Source: Paraspadella gotoi (Eukaryota > Animalia > Chaetognatha). From it: a stretch of 64,000 nt of DNA. Below are positions 40,801-52,917 of this stretch, one piece after another. Each line of letters starts with the position of its first letter. Within the stretch, counting starts at the first letter, position 1. The notes under the pieces are model-generated. The model was not told where the DNA came from and did not search any database. It saw only the letters and a program-made list of their open reading frames with translations. The stretch spans positions 20,601,266-20,665,265 of the forward strand of contig CM119268.1 in NCBI GenBank assembly GCA_051294375.1, in the 5' to 3' direction. Made by a program: the position numbers and the translations under genes.

Positions 40801-43800
40801 CTTTCTCTCTCTCAAGCACAATATCCGATTTGCAATAGTAATTTCTTTCACAAACTTTGGTCGTTCTTGATTGCAATCGCCATTGGTCGTCTGGTCGTCG
40901 TCGTTGTGGACGCCTGTAGATGTCGTCGTCGTCGTCGTCGTCGTCTTCGTTGTAGTAGATGTCTGGAATAAAACCGCATGGCATTCGTACGAAATATTTG
41001 CTGTTGTTTCAACTGCATCATTTCTGCGCAAACGCTGTGGCCCGCTGACGAGGTTGCACTCACCAAAGTGCTTCTGCAGTTTCTCATTCTTTTGCCACTA
41101 CCCTGTTTCATCCTTTACATCCTTACAAAAATTTTATACTGAATTTATTCAGCCAATATTTAAATTATTTAAATATTTCTATAATAAAAAAGTCATTGAA
41201 TGCTTATTACTAAAAAATTTTGTATTGTTTTGTACCAATCGGATTTTTGACGGCCTCTAATTTTCGAACGGCCTTTGTTTTCATTTTTTCCCGTTTTCAT
41301 TGACGTCAAGGATTTTTCCGCACTTTTAAAAAAAATAGAGAAAAAAATTAAAAAATTGAAAGAATAAATAATAATTCAAAGAAGATTTTAGACGCAATTA
41401 AAATTTGGAAATGAGAGGGAGTTGGGTTGGGAGATAAAAAAACAGCAGAAAGAGAGAGAGACGAGATGGATGGAGGGGGAGAGATCGAGACAGAAGGGAG
41501 AGGAGAGAGGACGAGAGAGAGAGTGAGAAGGGAGAGAGAGAGAGAGGAGGTTACAATGGATTGCGGTCCCGCCTCAGCCTCAGGTCATGTGGGAACTAAT
41601 GATTTATTCTCTGTCTTCCTTGAGGCCTCAAAATGGGGGTGTTTCCTTTTTTTTCTTGGGTGAAAACGATATTGCAAACTACAACCACGGAGCAGTCCAC
41701 TACGACGACGACGACAACGTCACGACGAGCGGACGAGTCGAGACGACGACGCCAACGAGTAAGCGTAAGTTTGTTGAAGAGAATTAAAACTTTTAGGATA
41801 AATTGCAGCACGAATTTTAATTCTTACTTTGGGTGATAAAATAATGATTTTTGTTGTCAGCGTTGTATTAGTCAACAACATAATAATTTTCTAAGTGGTG
41901 GGTGATTGATGCTGTTTCAAATTCATGCACTATTTTATATAACTATACCAGTTTACAAATATCGACAACTACAGACACACAACAAAAACAACAACAACAA
42001 CAACAACCTGCTATTAATTAAACCAACCCAAAAGTATAGCGTACCTTATTAAAAACGTAAAAAAAAAAAATTGTTACATAAATCTTTCAAACTTATTAAC
42101 CATCATAAAACACACCGCTGGTCCAGCAAAATCCTATCGGTAAGAAGTAGAGAGAGAAGAGAGAGAGACGTCAGCGTGTAGATGGTAAGGAGAGAGAGAG
42201 ATGAGAAGACGAGAGAGAGAGAAGAGAGATAGGGAAAAAAGAGAGAGAGAGAGGGAGGAGAGATTTAAAAACTTCACAACGCTTTCTCTTGTGACTGGAC
42301 TTAAATTTTTTTAAATGAATGCGAAAAGAAATATAAAACAGGGTCTTTTCTTATCGGAAAACACATCCCCTTAAATTTTGTTTGTTTGTTAATGAACCGA
42401 ATGAATGGATGGAAGAATGAATAAATGATCAAGAAAAATAATTGAATGTAGAAAATATTAAGAAGATAAGAAAAGAAAAAAGCAAAAAAATATAATAGTG
42501 AAGATGAAAACGAAGAATTTGATCAAAAACGAAAAATTAAAAATAAAAATAAAGATAACCTTCCCTCGATTTGGCTAATTCCCCGCTCTCTCTCTCCTCT
42601 GCTCTCTCTCTCCTCTCTCTCTATATCCTTGAGGAGCTATAGCGTCGGGAAGTTCGGCGGACTCCCATCGCCATTTCTTTTGTCTTGTTTCTATTCCCTA
42701 TTCACGTTTCCTCTATGTTCCTCCCTGCCCGGCTGCCGCTATTTGTTCTCTCTGCCGATTCCGCTGGCTCCTCAGGTCATTCGCGGACGCGATAGAACCC
42801 GAATCTGAACCCGACGGGTTCATTTCTTCCTTCTCTTCTCTTTCTTCTCGCTCTCGCCGCGGCACCGGGCTTTAATGATCAGAGTCCGCGAATAGGGACC
42901 GAAGGGACTGAAAGTCGCGGATCGAGTCTTCTCTTTCCTTTCTTTCCTTTATTAATCTCAAAAAGAAAATAAAATAGGAAAAATATAAAATTGATAAATT
43001 AACGATAAAAACAGAAAGGAAGGAAATAAATAAACAAAATTGAACTAGTGAAAAATATTGTCCACAGACTCTTCTTTCTTCTCTATTTATTATTTTTTTT
43101 TAAAATTTTCTGAGCTTATTCTTCTTCCCTTAATTATTTGTTTTCTATTTTTTTTTTAATTTTCATTTTGTATATCATTTGTTGTTTTAAATATTTTTTC
43201 ACAACCAAGGAAAAAAAATATTACAATTTCTAATTATAAAATATTTAAAAAAATGAATTAACAAAAAAAATACTGGGCTGTTGAAAAGTTGATTTAAGGA
43301 TTTCCAGACAACTGTTTCTTTGCTCGAAGCTTTTGTTTCAGGCTTTGCTCACACTCTCCACTCTCAGGTAATAAAAGCGAACCTTCTCAAACAAATTCGT
43401 GTGCCAAAGTCAGCTTCCCAACAAAAGAACAGAGTTGTATAAAAACTTTGCTCGACTTTTTTTCTTTCTTTTTTTTCTCAAAAAAATGATATTTAAGGAT
43501 AATCGAATTTAAAAAAATTTATAAAAGAAAGAAATCAATCTAAATTGTTCTAACGTGAGAAAAAATATTTTTGTTTTTATTTGCAAGTGGTTTATAATTA
43601 AAAAAATTAAATAATTCATAATTAGATTAAATTGAAACACGCTGATGGGAAGCTTAAACACCACAAGCCTGGTCCAAGTCAGGGGCAAGATAGCTTATTC
43701 TTATAAATGAGATGGATAAACGTTTTATATTGATGAAACCAAATTTCATAAGTCATTATTAGTAAAGGACAGTGATTGTGAAGAAGAAGAATCAGCAGCG

Positions 43801-45350
43801 CCGAACAAGATTGGACTGTGGTTTCTGTTTAAATTTCTTTTGTGCCTTTAAAATTTGATTGCAAAGGCAAACGTTTTTCAATTATTTTTAAATAATAATT
43901 ATTTTGTGCACTAATTTTTATAAAATTTTTTTAATAATTTTGTAAACAAATTTTATTTTATTTCTAATGCCTAATTAAGTAATTTTTATATTCACACAAT
44001 TTAAAATCTTGATTTTTGCCAACCAAATAATAACTAGAAAAACCCGAATGATGTTAATACATTCAAACATTGTAATTTAGTTCATCTCTCTCTCTTTCTT
44101 TGTCAATTTTTTCCAACGTCAGTTTTTTAAGGTCCAGACCAAATAGCCTTGTATTCCAAAAGTTTATTTTATAATAGTGAAGTTTAGTTTTTCTCCCAAA
44201 AACAATATTGTTAAAATTTAAATGAAAGAATGTACCCAAAAAGAAAACCGAAAACAATGTTTTAACATTCTCATTTTTTTACTAAGTTAATATAAATTTT
44301 AAAGAAATAAGTAAAAAATAATTTTCCCCGGTCGCACGATTCCGCACGATCTCCGGACGTGAATCCTTGTTTCATCCGGCGGGAATTTCTCCTCCAGATC
44401 AAGAGATAATTTCTCCTGAATCCGCGACTCGAGTCCCCGGAGGCAAGATTGGCCGGCCGACGGTGGTCCGGCCATGGTGGGACAAAGGCTCGGTGGCCGG
44501 AAGCCATGGCTTCCCTAGCCGCAAATCCCGCGAGTTTATAACCCAGCTCTCTCGTCTCGTCTCCTACTTCTCTCTCTCTCTCTCTCGTCTCTCGTACTCC
44601 CCTCTTTCTCTCCTTCTCTCTCTTCTCTCGTCCGGGGTTCTCGTGCGTCGTGCGGTGCTCGTGTAGAGAGAGCGGCAGTGGAGGATGGGAGGAGGAGAAG
44701 ACGTCTTCAGGATGGGGTTCGTGTATGGTGTTTGGTGCCTGTCTGTTTCGTCGGTTTGTTCGCGAATCTTATGAGACGCTTGAATGTGTAGGGACCGTGA
44801 CTACGGCGAGTGAAGAGGAGGACGGCGTGGACGAGTGGAGTGAGAAGAGATGAGTGGAGGGGGAGGGAGAAGAAGGGAGGAAGAGAAGGAAAAGTAAGAG
44901 AAAAGGAAGGAGAAGGGCAGAGGGAGTAAAAAAAGGAAAGGAGAAGGGGATGAAAAAACGGGAGGGAACGGGAAAGTAAAGGAAAAGAAAGGGGAGGAAA
45001 AGGGGAGGAAATGGAAAGGAAGGGGGAGAAAATGCAGAGAAAAGGGGAGGAAAGAGGAGAAAATTACAGGAAAAGGGAGGAAGAAGCAGGAAAAGGGGAA
45101 AATTTTGGAAATCAATAGAGAAAGGAAAGGTGGAGGAGGGGAGAGAAAGAAAGGGACAAGAGATAAAATGTCGGAAATAGATAACAAGAAGCCTTAAACA
45201 AGGAGAGAAATGAAAAACGGAAGATAGAAAAATAAACCAAAGAAGAGAGACGCTGAATAGGAGAGAGGACTGAGATAGAGAGACGGGAGAGGAGAGAGAG
45301 AGATAGATGACGAGGAGACGACGAGAGAGAAGAGAGAGAGAGAGAGAGAA
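40545..45350 (+). other. Noisy direct copy of 34467-38639 (probable long-read gap-fill artefact)
   Basis: Colinear with the clean contig lying between the two 25-N gaps (34442-34466, 38640-38664), with the same indel-dominated error pattern. Confidence 0.85.
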
Positions 45351-45483
45351 AACACCCATAGAACAATGAGGCGATGGAAAAACAGCCGAGGAGATAAAAT
45401 AAGGTTGAAAACAAAGGTGCTTGGTGACTCCCGAACAAATTTGGTTTTGCTCGTCCAACTTGCTTGGGTATCTAGCAGAGAAT

Positions 45484-45529
<46 letters not shown>

Positions 45530-45977
45530 CCGTGACTATATATACAAATCCTATATCCGAAGCAGCATCAAAAGAAAAAAGGCTGCTGCAGAAACAACAG
45601 CTTCAATCCCGATTGCAAACGCGATAGAAACAACGGGGCGACGCGTGGCCGTTAAGAAGTTACGACGCTTCCAACCCAGGTCGTCGTTGTCGTCGTCGTC
45701 GCTGTCGTCGTCACTGTCGTCGTCGTTGTCGTCGAGGGATGATGATTATTCCGTCTCGGAGCCAAGAAAACCGACGTCGCCAATTCACTTAAATTCCAGG
45801 GGCGATTGGGGGGGACGTAGTCCTAGAGCACGAGGTCGCGGGTTCGAAACCCGACCGGGGGAACCGATTTGTTTATTTGGTCTTTTTAAAAAAAATATGT
45901 TGTACTTTGTTTTTAGTTTTTCAGTTTTTGTCTTTTAATTTTATTTTTATCTTTATTTATTCTTTAGTATAATTCCG

Positions 45978-46122
45978 TCTGTTTCATTGCTGTTTCATTT
46001 CTGTTTGATTTCTGTTTGATTTCTGTTTGATTTCTGTTTGATTTCTGTTTAATTTCTGTTTAATTTCTGTTTCATTTCTGTTTCATTTCTGTTTCATTTA
46101 TGTTTCATTTCTGTATCATTTC
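45978..46122. repeat. 11-bp minisatellite (TTTCTGTTTVA)n
   Basis: Directly visible tandem array. Confidence 0.9.
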
Positions 46123-46618
46123 TCTCATCCCGATCGCCTCTTCATTCGGTGCCACTGATAACGTTTATGTCTAAAGATTTTGCTGCAACTTTTTTTCCTT
46201 TGTCGCTTTTAAAAGAAAAGCAAACGATTATGAAATATCATGTGAAGATAACCTTAAATTATTAATCCATTTGATTTAAGAAATCCATCAATATTTGTTG
46301 GACAGAAATCTTCTTAAAAATTTTCTTCCTCTTCGTTCTTTGCAAAGTGAGTTAGATTTTGAGTGGACAAAGTGGACAAAGAGGACAAAGTGAACATGAA
46401 GAACGAACGGCCATGTTTTGTCGAAACTTTGTATTTTTGGACAAAAACATAACAAAAACACAAGTTAATGAATAACGACAACAACAACGACAAAAAACGT
46501 CAAAAAGCAACAATAACCTTGAAAAGGGCGCTGGGGAAAAGGAAACAAGTCCTCTCTCTCTCTCAAAGAGGAGAGATGGGAAATTCGAAGCGGCAAGAGG
46601 GGTGGGAGAGAGAGAGAG

Positions 46619-46675
<57 letters not shown>

Positions 46676-46849
46676 AGAGAGAGNNNNNNNNNNNNNNNNN
46701 NNNNNNNNNNNNNNNNNNNNNNNNNNNNNNNNNNNNNNNNNNNNNNNNNNNNNNNNNAAAAGGTTTGGAGTCAGAAAATCCCAAACAGTCGAATAGAGAA
46801 GAAAAGATATGACTCACAACTTATGAATGACGGGATTATGGGAAGTGGA

Positions 46850-46991
<142 letters not shown>

Positions 46992-47250
46992 CGTCACTGC
47001 GGTTACTGATAATAAAACTTATTTCCATTGTTTCGGCAAAAAGTATCTTTCTTTTTTTTTCTTTCTCTTTTTCTTCGTCTCCCTCTCTACATATTTTTCA
47101 TTTTCCCCAATTTTTTTCTTTTTCTTTTTTTTAATTCGTTTCCAACTCAAAAAAGGAGAAAATATAATATCCTTCTTTCGGAAACAATAAAAATCAAACG
47201 TTGAAACTTGAAGCTTGAAAATTTGATTAGAGTGCTTCCTAAAAACGGAA

Positions 47251-47331
<81 letters not shown>

Positions 47332-47730
47332 TTTCCTATGATAACCGTCAATGTTCTCTACATTCATCCGTCGCCTTTGACCCTTGACTCTGGATCCGTT
47401 TATGACCCGATGACCCGATGACCCGATGACCTCTCGATCTTTTTCTGACCCCGACAGATAATTTTCTTTCCAGTTTTATCGGAAAAGGAGAAAATCGTCC
47501 GAAACGAAAATCTTGAGTCTCAGACTAAAAACGAAAACCTGAAATCGCCAATCTTTAACAAGATACTTCTTAGTTATAAATCACAACAATTAGACAAACT
47601 TGATTAATTATCAATAATCAAGTTTTCTCTTTCTTTATTATTTTTTTATTTTCGTTATGTGCGAATTTATTATTATTGTCTGTCTGTCTTTCTTTCTTTC
47701 TTTCTTTCTTTCTTTTTTTCTTTCTTTATT

Positions 47731-47810
<80 letters not shown>

Positions 47811-48282
47811 AATATCCTTTATTCGCCTGCTTGCCACATTATTTTTTCTGTATTAATTCGGTAATTTCAAATTTCTTAATATGAATTAATGTGAATTAAT
47901 CTTACTTCTTCAACAGAAAAAACGGAAAAGAGAAAAGAATCGAAAAAAAAGAAATAAAACAAAATCATTCGACGTTGAATTTTGTGAAATCTACTATTTT
48001 GCGTCAAGATTGTTTAACCACGACGATTCTGTTGCCATCGTCAATTCACAATTTCGTCTCAGGTTTCGTGACAGCAAATTTCGACTCTCAATAAAAAAAT
48101 TTAAAAAAAGAAAGAAAATTCAATGAAAAAATTAAAAAAATTAAAAAAAAAAAATGATTGGAAATTAAATTATTCGCTTTAATGAAAATCCAATACAGTC
48201 ATCAACAAATTTTTAAAACAATTAAGAAATAATTAATAAAAATGAGCTCGACGACGAAAATCAGTGATCAATAATTTTTGCG

Positions 48283-48324
<42 letters not shown>

Positions 48325-48397
48325 GTCAACGTCTGTCGTTAAAGCAACGGATGTTGTGATAGAAAAGAAAGTAAAAACGGATTCATTCACATCGACG

Positions 48398-49082
48398 ATG
48401 ACTAAAATGATAAAAGTTAAGAGGGAAAAGAAGAAAATGGAATCCGAAGAGACAGAGATAAAGACAAAATCAAAGCAGAGTGAGACAGAGATAATGAAGA
48501 GTGAAACAGAGATAAAATTGGAGCAAAAACCAGACTCGTTAAAAACGGAAAAAATTCTTGAAAATTTTAAATTCTTGAAAAATCGCGATAAAAAACCGAT
48601 GGTCACGAAAAGGATAACGACGACGACGACGACGACGACTACGTCAAAATCGTCAGTCACTAAATCACCGTCGATAATTTTCGACGACTTTGCTGACGTC
48701 GTTCTCGCTTCCTTCTCGTCGCCATCATCTACTTCGTCGTCGTCGTCGTCGCCGCCGTTATTTTCTTCGTGTTCTTATTCGTCGTCTTCATCGTCGTCCC
48801 TTTCATCATCGTCTTCTTCGTCATCGTCTTCCCTTTTCTTTCCTTTCCTCTTCTACTTTCCTTTCCTCCCTTTCCTTTATCGTCTTCTAACGATCGTCCA
48901 TCCCCTTCTCGCTTCCACATTCTCTTCCTCCGTCCCTCCCTCATCCTCCAGTCTTCCTCGTCCTCTCTTCCTCCTTTCCTCCCTCTTCCTCCTTCTCCTC
49001 TTCTCCCCTTCCTCCGTCGGAGACCAACTCTGGACTCAAGACGAAATTCAACCCAAACACACCAAAGTCGCTCTTCCAGTGG
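48398..49082 (+). CDS. IgSF cell-surface gene, first visible coding exon (signal-peptide-like segment plus start of Ig1); 5' boundary uncertain
   Basis: The open frame ends LPRPLFLLSSLFLLLLFSPSSVG-DQLWTQDEIQPKHTKVALPV-G at a strong donor G|GTGAGT (49083, phase 1) that joins exon 2 in frame. The first in-frame ATG is at 48398 and the last at 48599. An alternative acceptor lies at 48951/48952. The 3' end is secure; the start is not. Confidence 0.65.
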
Positions 49083-49187
49083 GTGAGTCGATTGATTGAT
49101 TGAAGATTGATTGATTGATTGATTGATTTATTGATTGACTGACTGACTGACTGACTGACTGATAGATTGATTGATTGATTGACTGAC

Positions 49188-49218
<31 letters not shown>

Positions 49219-49674
49219 CTGATTGATTGAGTGATTGATTGATTGACTGATGGTTGTTTGTATAATTGAATTATTGACTTTATTCATTGGTTGACTGTAC
49301 AGAAGACTAAAGGAAAGCCGTTGCCATTGAATTGTGTGATTGATGGACTAACTGATTGTAAGATTGTTCGATCGACGAAACGGAGAGGGAATGATTGCTA
49401 GCAAGAACACGAGGCTCAGTACCCGGGGCCATAGTTGACAACTTCATTCATTAATTTATTCATTGACATTATATATTCGATTGTTTGAATGATTGACTTA
49501 TAAATCGATTGATTGATAAGGTTGTAAGTTAAAATTATCTATAATATGATTTCATTTATATTGACTGGATTGATTGATAGACATATTTTTTTAATCATTC
49601 TTTTGAATGACTTAATGATTGATTGATTTAATCAGTGATTGACTTATTGATGGATTGATTGCTCCGATTCACAG

Positions 49675-49797
49675 GCTCCTCGGTGACTCTCGACTGTCGT
49701 CTCGGCAAAAGCGTCGCTTGGATCAAAACCGGAAGTGACCCGACGGACGTGAAATTCCTCACCACCGACGGACTCACGCCTTTCGATGGCACCATAG
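49675..49797 (+). CDS. IgSF gene exon 2 (Ig1 strands B-C)
   Basis: ttcacAG|GCTCC...ATAG|GTcagc; 123 nt, phase 1/1; (G)SSVTLDCRLGKSVAWIKTGSDPTDVKFLTTDGLTPFDGTI with the canonical VTLxC...W motif. Confidence 0.9.
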
Positions 49798-49948
49798 GTC
49801 AGCTGATGTGAAAAGTGAAAAGACTCGGGTGATGGAACCGTGAAAGATGAATTTTGGACATCCCTTGTGGGGTCAAATATAGAAATGGAAATTTATCACA
49901 ACTATGAAAATAGTTTCAAAAGTTTTTTTTTATTGGTTTTTTTTTCAG

Positions 49949-50026
49949 ATAAAATGAAATACGGATTCAAAAAATCCAACAAAGTCTATTCTCTGGAAAT
50001 TCACAACCTGCAATTCTCAGACGCCG
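49949..50026 (+). CDS. IgSF gene exon 3 (Ig1 strands D-E)
   Basis: tttttcAG|AT...GCCG|GTgaga; 78 nt, phase 1/1; (D)KMKYGFKKSNKVYSLEIHNLQFSDA, matching the YSLxIxNLxxxD Ig motif. Confidence 0.9.
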
Positions 50027-50627
50027 GTGAGAACGAAAGGAAAGAAATAAGAAAGAAAGGAAAGAAAGAAAAGAAGGAAAGAATAAATGAAACAAGAACA
50101 AGAAAAATAAATAAAAGAAATGAAGAAAGAAATAGAAAAGGGACAAATGTTGAAGAAAAACTACGAAAAATTTAACGTGACCAGTATTAAATATTAAATA
50201 TTAGTATTAGTATTAAATATTTATAAGCAATGGCATATTTAAGAACTTCAAATGAAAAACCTGTAAAAAGATTAGTAAAAAAATGACATAAATCGACGTG
50301 AAGAATTTTATTGAATTAACAGTCATAAAATGAAAATCAAACGAATGGAAATCCGATTAAAAAACAACAACAACAAAACTCACAAAGAACCCGAACTACT
50401 ACTGAAAAGACTAAAAACAATATATTTCACGCAATACGACTTAACAGTCTATTGTCGTTCGAGAAGTAAGACGTCTTTTATCGACGCTACAATTCGTTTG
50501 TATCAATACTGTATCGGGCTTTCTCCTTTGATCGCGACTCAATCTCTCTTTTGATCGCATCTCTCTCTTCCTTCTCTGATGGCATTTGATCGCATCTCTC
50601 TCTTCCTTCTCTGATGGCATTCCTCAG

Positions 50628-50749
50628 GACACTATCGTTGCAGTCACAAAATCACCGTCACCATCATCGTTATTGGAGTCCCAGTTTGCAAACCTCAGCC
50701 GAAGAGACTCAATTTGGTCGAGAACAAAGAGTCCAAGTTTTCTTGCGAG
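50628..50749 (+). CDS. IgSF gene exon 4 (end of Ig1, start of Ig2)
   Basis: cctcAG|GACAC...GAG|GTgaga; 122 nt, phase 1/0; (G)HYRCSHKITVTIIVIGVPVCKPQPKRLNLVENKESKFSCE completes DAGHYRC (DxGxYxC) across the junction. Confidence 0.92.
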
Positions 50750-51095
50750 GTGAGAAATGAAAGAAATTAAAGAAAGAAAAAATAAAGAAGGAAAGAAAAG
50801 AAAAGAAAAGAAAGAAAGAAAGAAATGATAAAGAATAGAGAAGAAAGTAAAGAAATAAGAAAGTTAAAATGAAGGAAAGAAAGAGAGAAGAAAGAAAGAA
50901 AGAAGAAAGAAAAAAGAAAGTGAGATATAGATTTAAAGTATAGGAAAGAAAGAAAGAAAGAAAAAAAGAAAGAAAGAAATATAGAAAGAAAAAAGAAAGC
51001 TCAGGGGAGACAAACATTAAAATAAGAAGATACTAACTATATAATTAGTAAATTAACTTTTTGAAATATTCAATTAAATGATATTCTTGCCTCAG

Positions 51096-51200
51096 GTTCG
51101 CTCGGCCGGTGGACGGCATCCACGTCTCTCCTGGGCGCTTGGGAATCAGACGGGACTCGGGGACCAAACGACTCACGTGAACAACGCCACAATTTCACAG
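51096..51200 (+). CDS. IgSF gene exon 5 (Ig2 middle)
   Basis: cctcAG|GTT...CAG|GTgaga; 105 nt, phase 0/0; VRSAGGRHPRLSWALGNQTGLGDQTTHVNNATISQ, with GGxxPxLSW typical of CD80-like C2-set domains. Confidence 0.9.
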
Positions 51201-51232
51201 GTGAGACTCAATTTTACAAATCCTTATGAAAT

Positions 51233-51395
51233 GAAATTGGTACAACCAATATAAAAATTATCCATTCATTTAATAAAAAAGCTATCTTTCCCCTGACTTT
51301 GGACAGGCTTTTGTGGTTTAAGGCCTCCATCACTCTTACAAGATAATGACTTTGCAGGTCCCTGCAAGCTTTCAATTAAGACTCTCTCACAGTCT
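51233..51395 (+). repeat. Unclassified dispersed repeat A (also 8407-8514, 55830-55995, and 37185-37282 on the minus strand)
   Basis: Shared TTGGTACAAC..AAAATTATCCATT..AGCTATCTT.CCCTGACTTTGGACAGGCTTT.GTGGTTTAAGGCCTCCATCA. Confidence 0.8.
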
Positions 51396-51827
51396 CGTTT
51401 ATTCACTCACAGAGTACCTGGCTTCCCTATCAATGAAGTGGTATAATGTTTCAAAGAATGTTTCAATTGTATTTGATATTAAAAGAAATTGAAAAGGTTG
51501 TGAGAACTTGGTTGAATAATTCTTTTAAACTGTGAAACTGTGTGAATTGACTGGAGGTCGAAATTAACTCCCTGTCACGTTTACTCTATTGTAATGAACT
51601 CTCTCACTTTCATTCTATTCCAATGAATCAGTTTTCACTTTCACGATATTCTAGTGAACTTTCTTTAACTTTCACTCTATTCCAGTGAACTCTCTTTAAC
51701 TTTCACTCTATTCAGTGAACTCTCTTGAACTTTCAGTCGAATTCAGTGAACTCTCTTTCACTCTATTCCAGTGAACTCTCTTTCACTCTATTCCAGTGAA
51801 CTCCCTTTCACATTTCTTCCATCCCAG

Positions 51828-51974
51828 TTGGCTCTCCTACCTCGCTACGACAACCACGGCCAAGCGCTCAAGTGCATCGTAGCTCACGAATTCTGGAATT
51901 ACTCTCTCTCTGTCCCCATTTGCGGATATCCGAGTCTCAACGTTAAATTCACGCCCAAGATAATAGCGTCGGAG
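51828..51974 (+). CDS. IgSF gene exon 6 (end of Ig2, linker)
   Basis: atcccAG|TTG...GAG|GTgaga; 147 nt, phase 0/0; LALLPRYDNHGQALKCIVAHEFWNYSLSVPICGYPSLNVKFTPKIIASE, with PxxxxHGxxLxCxxxH and LNVxFxP motifs. Confidence 0.92.
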
Positions 51975-52538
51975 GTGAGAGAGAGAGAGAGAAGTACGTA
52001 TTATATATGAAAGATATTGATGATGTACACTGCGCGATTTTGTTTACAAGTTCTCAGAAGCGTGAAGGCATTCCCTCAATGTGATAAGCTATCCAGTCAA
52101 CTTTAAAATTGTTTTTCCTAAAATATGATATTGTGGCGAATCCTAAATTTGCCTCCCGTATAGCATGGTTGAACTAACCTCGTCACCTTGGATTCAACTC
52201 CTATGTACTCGTTCACCAACGGTGTGTTCCGGGTTCAAGCCCTCCAAGGACACATTGTTTAAAGTATGCGGCGTGTCGCCATAAGTTCGGGGGAACCCTC
52301 GTACCCCGGTTATCATACGTGTTTCCTTTATTTCATAATATATAGATTTTTAATATGGAAAATATTTAATCATCTGATTAATTGCGGATTCTGGACTCGC
52401 GTACATAAATGCAAATATACTTTATCCTAATTTAATTTATACCGAAAATTTAGTTTTAGTTTAAATGTAAATATTTAAAAAATGAAATTTTTAGATAAAA
52501 TACAGTTAGTACTAATTTAGAACCTCCTAATTCATTTT

Positions 52539-52830
52539 AATACATGTCATCTCTCTGGAGGCGTGGGTTCGAATCCCACCACTGTCACCACATTTAAGTA
52601 GACAGAGATTTCAACATGAAACCAAAAGTTGATTTTATTCTCAGAAAAGTCACAAGCAAAGACGGTGTCCAGAATTTGAGACAGAATGGATTCAATACAA
52701 AATGGTACAGTATTTATACTCTACAATCGGATCATCGACACGGGCTCGTTTCCCGATGGCATGAAGCCTCTCTTCTCATTGGTCCGTTTCAATGATGATT
52801 CATCCAATCAAAGAGACCTCGGCGGATCCG
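52539..52830 (+). mobile_element. Dispersed repeat with tRNA-Leu 3' half plus CCA, copy 2
   Basis: GGAGGCGTGGGTTCGAATCCCACCACTGTCA-CCA-CATTTAAGTA, with shared blocks GACGGTGTC..AGAATTTGAGACAGA and ATCATCGACACGGGCT..TTCCCGATGGCATGAAGCCT. Confidence 0.75.
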
Positions 52831-52917
52831 ATTCCATTCTTGGTTCTGATTCCATCTGCTATTTAATTTAAAAAGTATCTCTTCGCTTACAACAAATCAT
52901 TCTTGAAATTAGTTATA

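Noticed and set aside
45808-45862. tRNA gene (GGTTCGAAACC); a similar B-box-like patch lies at 52155-52250
   Set aside because: B box only, with no consistent cloverleaf; at most decayed SINE heads.
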